Assembly: GCA_965113315.1 (NCBI GenBank)
Contig: OZ220372.1
Length of the DNA: 64,000 nt
Reading direction: 5' to 3' (one strand)
From: Podarcis vaucheri
Lineage: Eukaryota
Every line of letters starts with the position of its first letter. Positions within the stretch are counted from its first letter, which is position 1. The position numbers and the translations under genes were made by a program. The notes under the pieces are model-generated. The model was not told the origin of the DNA, searched no databases, and worked only from the letters and a program-made list of their open reading frames with translations. Shown piece after piece: positions 1 to 13,895 of this stretch.

Positions 1-3000
1 ACGATTCTGTTCTCACAGATCATGCTGCCAGATAATTGTCAGTGAACTGATTGTGTACATCTCTTTGAAAAATTTCAGGCATTTTCCTGGGATGTATTTT
101 TTTAAAAATCTCAACATAATTCTTTGTTCTTTCAAAGGAATCCTATCTGAGTAGACGGCCTTTAAAATAAGCCAATCACTTTAAAGTTAGAATTAGTAGA
201 ACAAGCAAGTGACCTTTTGCAATATTAGAAGGTTAGTTGAAAAATGGTCTTGAAATCCTGCTTTATCTCTGTGAAGCTTAAAGAAAGGCACACAATTACA
301 ACTTGTGGGGTTAACATTTTCATCAAGGAAAATCAGAGCAATGCAAAGGACAGTGTACAGAGGGATGAACTTTTGAGTGCTGAACTTGTAAAATTAACCC
401 CATGTCGAGTATGGAATTCTTGGAACTGAAACTGAGATGCCTTTATATATAAGACATAGTTTACATTATCTCAGAATAGAGGTAATTTTTTACTTTAGAA
501 ACACTTAAAAAAATCTTGTTCTGCTTGTAGACTCTAAACGATTTGCCTTAGTGCTTACTTTATTGTAGCCATTTCCATTGTCCTTAATATAGTTACTTTT
601 GCATTTTAAATCTGGATTTCTAGTTGTCCAGTTACTAATGTACTGAAGTAATTACTACAAGCAAAATACATAGTACTGTCAGGAGAGTAATTCTGACTTT
701 GGAATTCCTGGTCACGACTGGAATTTATCTCGCAGCTGGATTTTGACTTAGTTGGCAAATTTATGAGCATCTCACAGTGGGTAAAACAAAGTTACAATGC
801 CACTTTGCTCTTCGGGCTCTCTGGGTTTCCATTAGTCTGATGTGCTATCTTGTTAATTCAGCCTTGCTAATCTAATGGAAGTATAATAAGCAGAAGTAAT
901 AGGAAGTACAGTAGAGAGTGCTGCAACTTCATTAGAAAGGAAATATGACAGAACATATTTGCAAATGGATTTTAATCCAAAAGCAGGAGAAGCATCTGTC
1001 TAAGGCTTCAATCTTATACGCACAGACATTGGATTAAAACCACAGCAGGACATCCTTCTTAATAGAAACGTATAAGATTGTGTCGCTTGGCAGATAATCC
1101 CTTGCTGTGTGCCAGATCACAGTAACATGCCATGAAAGAGGGCTTGGAAACTTCAGGTTTGGGGTCCAAATGTTGAACTTTCTTTAGGCTAGAGCCTCCT
1201 CGTCAGCTACACCTTCTCTCCTCAGGCCAAACCCTGCACTAGCATGGATGTAGTCCTGTGGGATTGTGAGCAGGGATTGGGTGGGGATAATCAACACCTT
1301 ACTTTTTGGGGAGGCAGGTTCCAGCTAGATCACTACGTCATCCTATGAGCTATTCAGCATGAAATTGGAATGTGTTAGTCTTCTCACTTAAATTCTCATG
1401 TGTGGATAAGTCTTCTCACTTAACCAAAATGTTTCCTTTTGCTTTTGTGCTGATTGGAGCCAATTAGAGCCAAAGGATAGCAGTAAACATGGGGAGAAGG
1501 GTGTGTGGGAGGGACACGAGGCTGCATGCATGCTAATGGAGTTCATTGTTCTTCGTTTCTCAAGGCAACTCCAAACAAAGAGACTGAGAACTATTTTTTT
1601 TATTGTAGAATCCTAGAAGGTTGCATAATCTTAGAAGAGGGTGTGAATGTGAGGTCTTGGTGTGATGAAGGGACTCTGCCTTTCTGAATTTGCTTACTGG
1701 TCCTACTTTGTAACCTCCTTGAATGTTTTTGCCTAGTTGAAATGTGTTATTGATCTATGGTAATGCCTTTTATTTGCTTGCTTGCTTGCTTGCTTGCATG
1801 CATGGAGGAAGGGGAAAGGATGTATCTGTTTGTAAACATTGCCTGCTGTACACTTTTGCCTCTTGCCACAGGCTTGTGGACCCTATAACATTTCCCAGAA
1901 GCGTATGTGGCCCTCATTCCGAAAAGGCTCTCCATAAAAGGAGAGCAAATGTTCCCCAAGTTAAAAACAGCCACCACCACCTGTAAATCCAACTTCCTCC
2001 GCCGATGCAAAAGCTTCCTGTTTCATCTGCCTGGCGAATGTTCTGACCAGGCTTTCTGAAGACCTATCTCTGAAAGGTGTGTGTAGGGCAGTCCTCTGTT
2101 TGAAGGAGTCCTCTACTTAAAAGGCTTGCAGGTTCCACCTAAAGAATAACAGGAAGGGAAAGCTGGAGCCTTGAAAAAGGACTGAGCAGGCACATGGGTC
2201 ACTTGGCCAGTTTTTGCCACTCACCATAGGTTAATTTTTTTATATATTACCTACCATTCATGTTGAAAATCCTTCCGAGGGGCATAAAATACAAGATAAA
2301 GAACACTTTAAAAAACCTACAGGTGTTTGTTTTTTTTTTAAAAGCCTTTCAATAAGTTACCTGGATCCTTCCCACTGGGCAGTTGGTGGTAGAGTGGCCC
2401 TGTGGTTAGGAGGAGATCGTCCTGCTTGAAGAGGCTCTGAGGTGATACCACCTGTTTCCCTGTCTCCTTGAACCTTTCCTACTTCCTGGTTTAATCAGAT
2501 GTGTGTGGAAGACCATTTCTGCTGAACCATTGAAATGGCCTTTAAATATCCAGCTAGCCTGATGGCTAACAGGAAAGGGAGGAAGCCTACATCTATCCCA
2601 ATGAATAAGTGAAAGCATTATCTTCATTAGAGTTGGTTTTTTCAGATCCCAAAGCTAATCCTTCTTTTCTTCAGCAATTGTTGAGCTATGTAAAAAATGT
2701 GAAATATAAAACTATCTAAGAGGGGGGAAAGTCTCATGGGGTACCGCTTTAGATAAGCTTACTCACATATGCACTGAAAACCTTTCTGTATATTCCTGGG
2801 GCACTGTATAAACCCATGGAAACGAGACTTGCTATTATCACACTTTGTTGAGTAGTTTTGGAAATGAATGTATGAATAAGAATGAGAAACTCAGTTTAAA
2901 GAACAGATAACTAAACCATTTATCTTTAAAGATAGGGTTTCATTTTTAAGGGCAAGTAAACAGAATTGCCCCCTTCCTTGCCATTTATGCAGCTCTTCCG

Positions 3001-3190
3001 AGTGTTGAAAGTATCTACATATAACTTTTTTGGTAATCAGTACAACAGCCTTCTAAAGTAGGTCAACATTGTTATTTTCTTCATTGCAGTTTAGGTAGGG
3101 TGGTTTGCAGCAAGGCTTAGAGATAGTGGCTTGGCTTGAGGACATCTTGTGACTGAGCTCATCACAGAAGAGAGACTAGAATCCTAGATA

Positions 3191-3270
3191 CACTGAAGAA
3201 GTGTGCATGCACACAAAAGCTCATACCAATAACAAACTTAGTTGGTCTCTAAGGTGCTACTGGAAGGAAT
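3191..3270 (+). mobile_element. Short relic of a second Penelope-like family (pLTR/3' tail) with a decayed minimal hammerhead
   Basis: CTGAAGA-A-GTGTG-CATG-CACAC-aAAAGCTC at 3193-3222 (hammerhead core, G12 changed to A, palindromic AGCT), then a tail ttagttggtctctaaggtgcta resembling reptile PLE 3' ends. Confidence 0.65.
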
Positions 3271-3499
3271 TATTATATGGAATAATTGCCTTGTTGAGGG
3301 GGGAAAAATCAATAAGGGTTTTGCAAGATGAACCATGTCTTCTCCTCCTAAGTGTGAACAAACATGTTGATTGGTGATCCAGTAAACATTGCATACTAGC
3401 CTTCTAAAAAAATAATAATCAAAAGTTGAAATCCTTTATTAAGGGCCGTTTATCAGTCATAAATTAAGATGACTCTTATAGTACAGTAATTTGTTAATA

Positions 3500-3870
3500 A
3501 ACAGGGGACAAAGTGTAGGAATAAATGCATAGTTCTCACAATGGAGGGAAGTAAACCATGGTGTCTTCCAAGGATCTGTCTAGGTACCAGTTGTATTGAA
3601 ATTATTCATAAACAAATGAAATTAGGCATCAACAGTGGCTGACCCCAAACCATTCAAGATGATTAAAATCAAATAGACTGCAAAGTGCTTCAGAAGGATC
3701 TCTCCAAACTGCATCAACATACAATAAAATGAAATTTAATGTAAGTGATGTACAAGGGTGCAAACAACCCCAATTTCTCATATATTCTGATGGCATAAGA
3801 GTGCATATGACTCCCCAGGAAAGATATTGAGCATGATGGATAGTTTAATGAAAACTTCAGCTCTTGGTGC
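3500..3870 (+). mobile_element. Highly decayed CR1 LINE RT fragment
   Basis: ggtgtcttccaaggatctgtctaggtaccagttgtatt resembles GVPQGSVLGPVLF; cttcagaaggatctctccaaactg resembles LQKDLSKL. Many frameshifts; ends approximate. Confidence 0.55.
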
Positions 3871-4139
3871 AGTGGCCGTTGGGGTGTGTGTGTGTGTGTA
3901 GGAAGAGGAAGCTACCTTATGTTGAGTCATTTCACTCAAATTAGATTGGTTCATCTAATTCAGCACTGACTAGCAGGATTTAAGACAGGACTTGTCTGCC
4001 TCTATGATTCTCCTGTGGGCTGTATTCCATTTGTGGGCTTTATGGAAGCATCTTGTTGGTCATTTTGAAATGTTGAATTTGATGGACCTTTGCTGTGATC
4101 AAACAGGGCTGTTCCTATGTCCTGCTTAGTAGAAACATA

Positions 4140-4390
4140 CAGTGGTACCTCGGGATGCGAACAGGATCCGTTCCGGAGCCCGTTCCCATCCTGAAGCGAA
4201 CGCAACCCGCGTCTGCGCGTGCATGGGTCACTTTCCACCGCTTCCGCGCATGCACGTGACGTAATTTTGACCGTCTGCTCATGCACACACGGCGAAACCC
4301 GGAAGTAATGCACTCTGTTACTACCGGGTCGCCGCGGAGCGCAACCCAAAAATACTTAACTTGAAGCACGTTTATCCCGAGGTATGACTG
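4140..4390. mobile_element. Tc1/mariner (Tigger/pogo-like) MITE
   Basis: Imperfect TIRs CAGTGGTACCTCGGGAT / ATCCCGAGGTATGACTG, TA on both sides, CpG-rich interior. Confidence 0.85.
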
Positions 4391-7103
4391 TACAGACAAA
4401 GAATTGGCAGGTCAATTCAAATCATTATGTAAAATAACCTCATGCCTCCCACTCCTTACTCCCCTCTTTCAATGGTACCATGACTTCTCTTTCTTTCTTC
4501 TTGAGCCTCCCTGCTCTTCACGTACCCTTTCCCTGAATTTCCTTTTCTTAATCTTGCATATTTGGCACCATTCTTTTTGCCACTTTACTTGTTCTCTCCC
4601 CGCCCTAAAGCTTCTCTATCTTTCGAGATTTCTTTTCAGTGCTGAGACTGTCCTGCAAAGCTACTTCTGTCCCTAGGGGCCTATAGGAGGCTTAGATTAA
4701 GCCCAGCTTTTTTCATTTCCACACAGTACAAAAATTCCAACAGCTTTGTTCCCTAAGCATTTGGAATGTTTACGGACTTACCCTGCTATTACAACAGATT
4801 AACTGGTTGGTTATCAAATGCTTCACTGTCCTAAGTGCAATATGATATAGATTTTATTAGGGCAAATTTGTACCAAGTTCTGCAGCGTTTGGGGAGAGAA
4901 CATAAACTATGATATGACAACCCACTGTATGCTTTTATTGCATGGCACAGTTTTACAGCAGTGAATTTCTGGAGAATATATATTATAAGGGGTTAAGAAG
5001 TCATTTTAAAGCTGGGGTCCTGAATTCCAGGTTAAACAGTTGGGATGTCCATTTATAACTTTGGTCTTGGAGCTGTCCTGTTGCCTGCTATGTCTGAGGA
5101 CACTTACTTACCTCCTGTTATTGATATCTCGCTTCCTTTAGCCTCAAGGCTTGCTTTGACAGCTTCAAAACATTAGCATGCAGTGCTAATCTGACCACCC
5201 TCCTAAACGTGTGCATGGAAGTGGAGCTAAAGTAGATGATATACAAAGTGGCTATCTGCCTTTTCCTTTTACAAGGTGAACCTTGAGGTTAAGTAGGCTT
5301 TTCAGTGGCTGTGGGCAGCTAAGCCATAAAGGAGGATTAGAACTTCAGTGTGTCTTGCTTCACTAAGTATGATTAACGGATGGTAGATGTTTGTGCATGC
5401 TGACTTCCAACACTGAAACAGCAATTTATGGCCAGCTCGGTAAGTAAGGCATATTTACATGAGTTTGCATGAAAAATTCATGGAACACTAATAATAGAGC
5501 TTTGACTATCTTGCAAAATTCACCCACCAAACATCGAGAAAGATGGCTGATTCCTAATCTACAGGAAAGAAAACCAACTTCAGGTCTGACTAGGACAACC
5601 AGTGGAGACTTCTTGGTTCTTTTATAGTTATCTTTGGGATTTAAAATGTGGTGGGGCCACTGCAAGAATATCCCTCCCTGCACCGTACTCATCACTAAGT
5701 TGGTAGAAGTTTGGGATTTTCCTGGGGACCGGCACTGAATAGCAGTTCAGAAAAGAATAACAACTGGCTTCATTTACACCATGTGATAAAATGTCAAAAA
5801 GTACTGTTTTATATTTTCATCTTGCATGAAGAGATAAAAGGTACAACACACTTCAATGAAAGCTCACACTGCTGTGGGAATTGGGACTCCCTTGTTTGTG
5901 AAGCCTGAAGGAAATAAGGAACAGCCAAGAAAATCTGCAGCCCAAACTAGTGGGATAGCTGATGAAGAGTCAGATTTAAAATTAGCTTTGCATTACAGAA
6001 AGAGTTGTGCTACAGGGACATTCTTAACATATAAAATAGTTTTTCGTCTGCAGTATAAAGAGTCAATTTGTTAAGTTGTTCAATGAAATCATCTAGTGTT
6101 TTTCCACTTCTTAGCAGATGTTAATATACATTTTTTCTTCTTCTTCTTATAAAATGGTTATACTGCTTAATGCCATAAAAATCTCTACATAAGTTACATC
6201 AGTTCTGAGACATCATAATTTGTTACCAGTTCATTTCTGAACACTGATTCAAAGTGCTGGGTTTGACCTTTAAACTCTACAAGGCTTATGCCTTGTCTTA
6301 GTAAATGCCGTTCCCCACCCCAGGTGTGAAATTGATCAAGAGGAGCCCATTTCCATTGCCACATTTCAAGGAGCTGAAAATTTCTTTCCCCCTTTTTTGG
6401 TTTGTGGCTTTAGAATCCAGAATATTCATTTAAGTGTATTGTTTGCCTTACTTTGAACTGTATTTTCAAACATGTTTTATAATTATGTGCAGATTTTTTT
6501 TTATAAAAAAAAACTGGTTTATTTTTACACACAGCCCCTTAGGAACCACTAAGTTAAAAACAATACTCTTATAGTCAGTCAAATTTGGCATGGTTGCTGA
6601 TGTATATTTCTGAATCAAACAAGAGAGATTCAAGTGAAACAGTCCTGCTATGTTAAGATTGCAATCTTACTCACAGTTACATGGCAGTAAGCCCTATTAA
6701 ACAAAGTGGAACTTGATTCTGTAAATATGCACAGCTAAGGAAACTCTTGCAGAAAAATCCATGTGAACAAGCCGCTTGTACCACATATTTTCACATGAAT
6801 TTGCCCATGGGAATGGCTTTCTTTCAGCACCTTCTTCTTCCAGCATCAGAGGTTTGTGAATTTGATTTTAATTAGAGTATGTTATACTGTGTATAAATGC
6901 ATATCTGGGAACAAAAGATAATGATGTGAGTTTTTCACTGTCATATTAATTTCAGCAGAACATGGATGCTCTCAGCCTTAATTTAGGACTGAAATAAAAA
7001 TTTGTACTGATTTCTTTATTGCTTCTTTCTATATGCATTTTTGTTTCTCACTTCTCTTCTAAATTCACAAACATTTTGTTTCCAAACCTATGTTTACAAA
7101 TAC

Positions 7104-7130
7104 AATAAATAAATAAATAAATAAATAAAT
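7104..7130. repeat. (AAAT)n microsatellite
   Basis: Direct reading. Confidence 0.9.
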
Positions 7131-7853
7131 CAGGAAAGTTTAGGGTTGCTTTCAATCCTGTATAGGATCATTAATCTCCAGAAAGATGGTTAGCAATAGG
7201 AGAGGCATCTATGGAAATAAACAATGTTGAAATCTCAGATTTGCAAAAAAACAAAACCCACAACTCAGCATGGCATTAATATTATTGGATTGTTATCTAT
7301 CACCTTGATGAAGCAATGAAGGCATCCCAAAGCTAATTCAGAAGTAATAACACTTTTGACATACACTCCCTACTGTGATACCCAAAATGTATTATGAGAT
7401 ATAAGCATCTTTTCTAATCTTCATGCCAAAGGCTGATTTTCTCTCTGAAAGCGTAATAAAATACCAGAATAATTAAAATCTACAGTACAAAAGATTAAGC
7501 AACACAGGATTCTAGATTAGTTCCACTTGTTCCAATTTCAACATCAATAACCCCAAGTAATATCTAACTGTTATAAAGATGAAATATACCCTCTGAAAAT
7601 CATAACAGAGTTATCCAACCAGAGAAAACATCCAACCAGAGATAATTCTGGTTGCCATTTTTGCTCTGTGGATTAGAATGCTAATGAATGGGTTTATAAG
7701 AGTCTATGAAGACATGTATGGTTGAGCTGAGGAGTATTCTTCAAAGTATATACATTTTTCTCAACGCATTTCAGTATGCAGAGTGCTGCACATTAGAAAT
7801 GCATCTTCCCTTTCCCGAAACCTTTTATAATACAATTCATTCAGCCTTTATTG

Positions 7854-8054
7854 TAGGGTTGCCATATTCTAAGAAGTAAAATTCCAGGTACAAAAGTTGT
7901 TGTTGCCCTTTTTTTTGGGTAGTGAGGAATGAACTTCTAAGTTGTTGAGGGCAAAGAGTGCTACTCAAAGACCCACTTCCTTTTTTGCCAGTTTTCCAAA
8001 ATTCCCCCTGAACGCTAATTCCACTGTTGAAATCCCAGACATATGGCAACCCTA
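7854..8054. mobile_element. hAT (Blackjack-like) MITE
   Basis: Perfect 14-bp TIR TAGGGTTGCCATAT / ATATGGCAACCCTA with flanking duplication TTTATTG. Confidence 0.8.
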
Positions 8055-8731
8055 TTTATTGGCATAATATGGTACAATTCAGTATTCAGTTACCTGGGAG
8101 TATGTCCCATTGAGTTTAACAGGACTTCCTTCTGAGTGGACATGTAAAGGGTTGCATGGGTAAGCTATCAATTTGTCTTCAAATAAGCATTAATCTAGCC
8201 AATAAATATTAATGGCTGGAATACTGCTTGTCAGACTGGCAGAAAAATACTGAAATAATAATGGTCACATGCTTACATATAAATGTATATTATATACAGC
8301 ACTTCCATTACAAATTGCAGTCTGTTATGTAGGCACGCATAGGAGTCCTATCACAGAGTGGATGAGCTTCGGGAATTACAATTCCTTTATACAGTGATAT
8401 GTCTTGCTTAATGGTATGTCTTGCTACCAGGTAGCCTTTGGAATGGCACTTTATGTTTTGTGCACTGCCACAAATCTGTAAAAGGGGACAGTTGCCAGCA
8501 CTGTAGCATTTCAACCTTTGGGCTCAGCTTGTGCCATGGATGAGACTTCATATGTTGATTGTTGTGCAACAGCCCTTCTGTCTGATTTTACACAGTTATT
8601 GGCTCCTGTAGCATGTGCAGTAGTAATGGTAATCAGGTGGCCATGTGTCCTATTTGAAAAAGGGTGGACCTTATCTGAAGGGCTGTCTGGTCAAGTTTAA
8701 AAATGAAGGACCATAATGCCTGTATGTAGAC

Positions 8732-8863
8732 CAGGGTTTCCCAAACCTGGGTCTCTGTTTTTGAACTACAGTTCCCATCATCCCTCACCACTGGTCCTGC
8801 TAGCTAGGGATGATGGGAGTTGTAGTCCAAACACAACTAGAGACCCAGGTTTGGGAAACACTG
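8732..8863. mobile_element. Palindromic hAT-type MITE
   Basis: TIR CAGGGTTTCCCAAACCTGGGTCT / AGACCCAGGTTTGGGAAACACTG, perfect 8-bp TSD ATGTAGAC (8724-8731 and 8864-8871), internal arms ACTACAGTTCCCATCATCCCT / AGGGATGATGGGAGTTGTAGT. Confidence 0.9.
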
Positions 8864-8879
8864 ATGTAGACCACTGACT

Positions 8880-8915
<36 letters not shown>

Positions 8916-8917
8916 TC
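8880..8917. repeat. (CTTT)n microsatellite
   Basis: Direct reading. Confidence 0.9.
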
Positions 8918-10702
8918 CCTTTCTCATTTAAGAGAACACACAAACATTGGTTCTTTGTGAACGCTTGTCTAAGCTGCCTGATCTTTTATTAAGTTTCACT
9001 GGAAAAACAGCTTAGCTAGTATTGACACACTGTTCATTGCCATAGATAGAAAGAAAAGTAAATTCCTCTTCAGCAGGAACACCATGTTAGTGCCCTGGTC
9101 TGCCCCTAATTGGATAATACATGAAGAAAAACCCAGCATTTGATACCATTGTTTCATAAGATCTTTGCACATTCCCCAACCATCAATCTACTCAACTAGC
9201 AATAGAATAAGGACAGCTATAGGAAATCTGGCTGTATTTATTTACGCCATTCTAATTCACATATATCGGTTTAGGTTATGCTGAATCATATCACCAAATT
9301 AGAGTAATGCATGAATTTCCCTCCTTCACTGAATTTAAACTATTAATAAATATCTATATCTTTTGCTGTGCTATTATTATCTATATCCTGTGCTTTGGAA
9401 GTTGAAACCTTTCCATCCTTATGAAAGGAAATGGGGTCAAGCAGGGGAGGGGGCAGGTCTTTTCAAGCTGGGTATATATTTTGCATATTTATTATACTCT
9501 GTTTATGATAACAGCATGCTTATTTTATTGTTTCCACAATATTACCACAAAGAAAGCTCTGTGCTAAGTTCCTCGAGCAGGAAAGCATTTAGAGGCTAAA
9601 GCACATGAAATAAATGTTGTTATTTGTCAAGCTTTTAGGAAGCAATTTAAAAGCAATATGAAACATTTAGGAGCTGAGAGGGTTGATAAATAATACATTT
9701 CAAAAAAGGGGTGACAAAAGGTAGAGAACAGAACGCTGAGATTTCTTAAATTACAGATGGAGCTAGATCTTTAGCAGAAATTAGGAGGCACTGGTGATAA
9801 TATTTTCATCTTAATATCCAAGCCAGATCTGCACTCTTAGAATCAATGCCTCTCTTTGAGACTGTCAGCGGTTGGCTGAATTATTCTGATGTTGTGAAGT
9901 GATCGTCATAGATAACTCTTAAGTGTGTGGGTGGTTGTTGCAGTTTTTTTAAAAAAAGAATGTGTCCTTAATGATAGAATGAAAGGTCATTTTCCATTAC
10001 CAGGAAACTAAAAGTTAACACAGAGCCCAGAGACAGGCAGAGTTGTGGACTGATGGCCGGTTAGAAAGTGGAGGTACGCAGATGAAGGGTCAGAAGCTGA
10101 GAAAAATAGAGTGTCTAAGAGGCAGCAATGCCATAAAAGCAGCTAGTTCTGCCTCACAACATATACAGCCCCCCCAAAGATAACAAAATATATTACCAAA
10201 GTAAATGGGCACAGATTTGCATAAAATTGCCTTATGCTGCCTTATGCAAATAGATGCGGATTTAGGAAATGATCAGTATAATTTAAATAACAATATAATA
10301 CTTCTTACCATGGGGCCATGTGTCCATTGTGCAAGTGCTAAGTGTCAGTGGACAACGTGCTCTTTCTTCTTCTGGCTAATGATCTTTAAACAGCCTGTCA
10401 GATAGAGGATTGCCTTCAATAGTGGACTGTCCTCTGACAGCACTTCAAATAGAGGGCTGTCCACTAAAGTAGGACACATGGTCATTCTACAGTTCTGGGG
10501 CCAATGGCAGGATGGCTGAAGGAAAGAAGACAGAATATGCAGTGGAGTGTGAGGAAGAGACATAAGGAAAGGGTCCTTGTGAAGAAGCATCAGGATGGAA
10601 TAAATTAATGTGCTATGCTAGGAACAGCATACTTATAAGGGGCTGTTAACATCAACATAGTTATCTGCCCTAAGTAGCCTGGGGCAAACACAGAAGTTGT
10701 GT

Positions 10703-10985
10703 CATAGAATCATAGAACTGGAGAGTTGGAAGGGATCCTGAGAGTTATATAGTCCAACCCTTTGTAATGCAGGAATCTCGAATAAAGTATGCCTGACAGA
10801 TGGCCATCCAACCTACGCTTAAAAACCTCCCATGAAGAAGAGTCCACCGCCTTCCGAGGCAGTCGAATAGCTCTTACCGCCAGAATGTTCTTCTAGATGT
10901 TTAGTTGGAATCTCCTGTCTTGTAAATTGAAGCCGCTGGTTTCAGTCCTGCCCCCTGGAAAAGGAGAAAACAAGCTTGCTCATCT
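10703..10985 (-). mobile_element. CR1 LINE 3' end
   Basis: CATAGAATCATAGAA is the reverse complement of the CR1 (ATTCTATG)n tail, followed by gagttggaaggg...tagtccaaccc 3' UTR and ORF2-end sequence. Confidence 0.8.
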
Positions 10986-11027
10986 GTCATGGAATTTGCA
11001 AATGGAACCTCATCCTACAATCCTATA

Positions 11028-11259
11028 CAGTGGTACCTCGGGTTAAGTACTTAATTCATTCCGGAGGTCTGTACTTACACCTGAAACTATTTTTAACCTG
11101 AAGCACCACTTTAGGTAATGGGGCCTCCCGCTGCCAGAGCACAATTTCTGTTCTCAACCTGAAGCAAAGTTCTTAACCTGAAGCACTATTTCTGGGTTAG
11201 CGGAGTCTGTAACCTAAAGCGTATGTAACCTGAAGCGTATGTAACCCGAGGTACCACTG
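11028..11259. mobile_element. Tigger/pogo-like MITE (AACCTGAAGC-repeat family)
   Basis: TIR CAGTGGTACCTCGGGTTA / TAACCCGAGGTACCACTG, TA TSD, repeated TAACCTGAAGC motif. Confidence 0.9.
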
Positions 11260-13232
11260 TATACCATATACTTGACGGTCATTCTTATTGGTCTCAATGG
11301 GGCTTAGTTCTGACAAAGCAAGCATAGAGTTGCACTCTAGAGCTGCAGGCTTGTGTACACTTAGACTGTGAGCTAACCCCCTTGGACAGCATAGAATATT
11401 GCTGCAGGTTTTGTTGTTTATTTGTCTCCATTTATATACACTACATGCTCTCAAAACCCACTGGATCCCTTTTTCAAGCCCCCCCCCCCCCGCAAAAATG
11501 TTGTTTATTTTAAAAAACAGTTCAACGGGAAGAGGGAAAGATCTGATTTTGGAGTGTGTCTGTGTGAGCACGACCAGAATGCATAAGTAGTTTTGAAATA
11601 AAATGAGGAGCCAAGACAAGGCGAGGAAACAATAACCTTGGAGATTAAGATCAGAAAATTGAACACAACTTTGAATTGACCGACTGCAAACGTATTAAGG
11701 TGCCAACAAACCTCAAATATAAAAAAGAAGGAAATGAAGGAAGAAATAGAAATGAAGGAAAACTTGCCTTGCTGTAATATTTTTGGTGCCAAAATCTTCA
11801 TATTGCCATTTCTTCATGCTGATTGTTATGGGTGGACAATTAAAAGGAATATAAATTCATTAGCGCTGAAGATTTTGGTTCCCAATTGTCAGTGAAAAAT
11901 TATTGTTGCCCAGAATATTTAAATGAATCTGCAAATGAAGACTAAACTTTGTAAGGAGGCTGAACACTTTAGTAGTGGGATGTGAGGGTGAGAGATTCAA
12001 TGTAGCTTAAGCTTTTCCTCTCCAAGCATTAAAAAAAAAAGCTCAAACAGGTTTGGTTAAGCGGCATTTCCGTGTGTTTTTCTCTATGGTTGAAAAAGTC
12101 ATTGGGGATGGAGGAATTTTGAGAAAGAAAGAAAGAAGCGTCCAAGGGAAATGGGTTAAGCAGCTTCTAACCCTCTCCGTCCACCATTCATAAGTCCAGA
12201 TATGCAGCCTTCTGCATCTGCCTTCTAGTAAGCAAAAAGAACACTGGGTGACAAGTACATGCTTCTGCCCTGTAAGGTGCATGTGGAGAATCCTTCACCC
12301 ATCAGCTGCTGCTGAACTATAACTCTCCTCAGTCCCTGCAAGGATGAACGTCTAGCCTGGCCCTGAAATATGTCAAACATTGTGTACTGAGCTCTCAACA
12401 AGCTCGCACGCCAACAACAGTTTCTTCTGCAGAGCTATTTAAATGTTGTACAGCCACGATAATAGCAAAAAAAAGACCGTAGCAGCAGAACAGATAGCTA
12501 AACTGCTCTGTGTTGAAAAACGCTGTGATGTCTGCCAACCAGATTTGCTTCCTGCTCTTTAAACCTGCTGTGTTCTCCATGATTCCCTTTATTCTTTGCT
12601 GTGAAATTTCTTGTCAGGTGAAGGCTTAACACATCTTACTCATTTCTGCTCAAAAGCAGCTGGTGTGGCAAAGGGATGCTTCTGGAAAATGATGGGAGTG
12701 GAAAATGTACCCTTAAAAAAGAAGAAGAAGAAAGCAAGCCATTTGTAAGCACCACTAAGTAAAAGTGTAATTAGTTTTTATTGTCTAGGTATCTTCATCT
12801 AACTAAATGAATCCATTCCTTACATGCGACACTTTCTTGGATGGCGAAGCGTAAATAATGCCGTCAGCAAGCTAACTGGTCTCCTGGGAGATTCCAAGCC
12901 TTTGGGTGAGGTTCATTTATTCTAGTCCTATTGTTTTTCTGCATGTAAATTAGATGAAGGAGGCCAGACTCATCTTTATAAGAGCAGAAGAGAGAAAATG
13001 AAATCATGGAAACTTTGTTACTCTACTGCTCTTATGTGTCAGGAGAGGAGAAGCTTTTCCTGAAAGTAAGAACTGAATGTATAGCTTCTTCACCTTTTAT
13101 ATCCTGCTTCACACTTTGACCCACCAGGCTGAATACAGACCACTGGTCAAATGCTGTAACTGGCAGAGTGCCTCGTGATTTCCCTGTTTTTCCCCAGCCC
13201 TGGGTAGGCAGTAAAACTAAAATAATGCTAGT

Positions 13233-13327
13233 GCCTTCCAGATGCTTTGGACTACAACTCCCATCATTCTCACCTAACATGAACATGCTGGCTGAGGCTG
13301 ATGGGAGTTGTAGTCCGCAACATCTGA
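13233..13327. mobile_element. Core of the palindromic hAT-type MITE family
   Basis: CAGATG...GGACTACAACTCCCATCA / TGATGGGAGTTGTAGTCC...CATCTG inverted arms. Related copies near 28460-28535, 30660-30787, 30926-31046, 36290-36400, 40225-40352. Confidence 0.7.
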
Positions 13328-13439
13328 AAGTCTAAAGACTGAACCAAAGGTTTATTAAGCATCAGGTGAGCTGGCCATATATGGCTGATGGCTTGTATCT
13401 GGATTGGTTGGTAACAGATTTTGCAGATTGGTGTGCTCA

Positions 13440-13895
13440 AGGTTGCTGTTCAACGTCTTGATAAATGACTTGGATGAAGAAATTGAGGGAATGCTCATCA
13501 AATGACACCAAACTGGGAGGGGTAGCTAACGCCACAGAAGACCGAATCAGGATTGAAGATTACCTTAGCAGATTGGAGAGCTGGACCCAAAGTAACAAAA
13601 TGAATTTCAATAGGGACAAATGCTATTCTAGGCTGCATCAACAGAAGTATAGTGTCCCACTCAAGGGAAATAATAGTAATACCTGGTGTATTGTGTCCAG
13701 GTCTGGGGATCACCGTTTAAGAAAGATATTGACTAGCTGGAATGTATGCAAAGGAAGGCGACCAAGATGATCAAGGGTCTGGAAACGAAGCCTTATGAGG
13801 AATGATTAAGGTAGTTAGATATGTTTAGCCTGTATAAGAAAAGTCTGAGAGAGCATATGATAGCCATCTTCAAATGTCACACAGAGGATGGAGCA
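13440..13895 (+). mobile_element. CR1 LINE ORF2 (RT C-terminal) fragment with internal deletions
   Basis: Translates to LFNVLINDLD, DTKLGGVAN..EDRIRI..L.RLE.W...NKMNFNRDKC, then MIKGLE.KPYEE. Confidence 0.85.
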
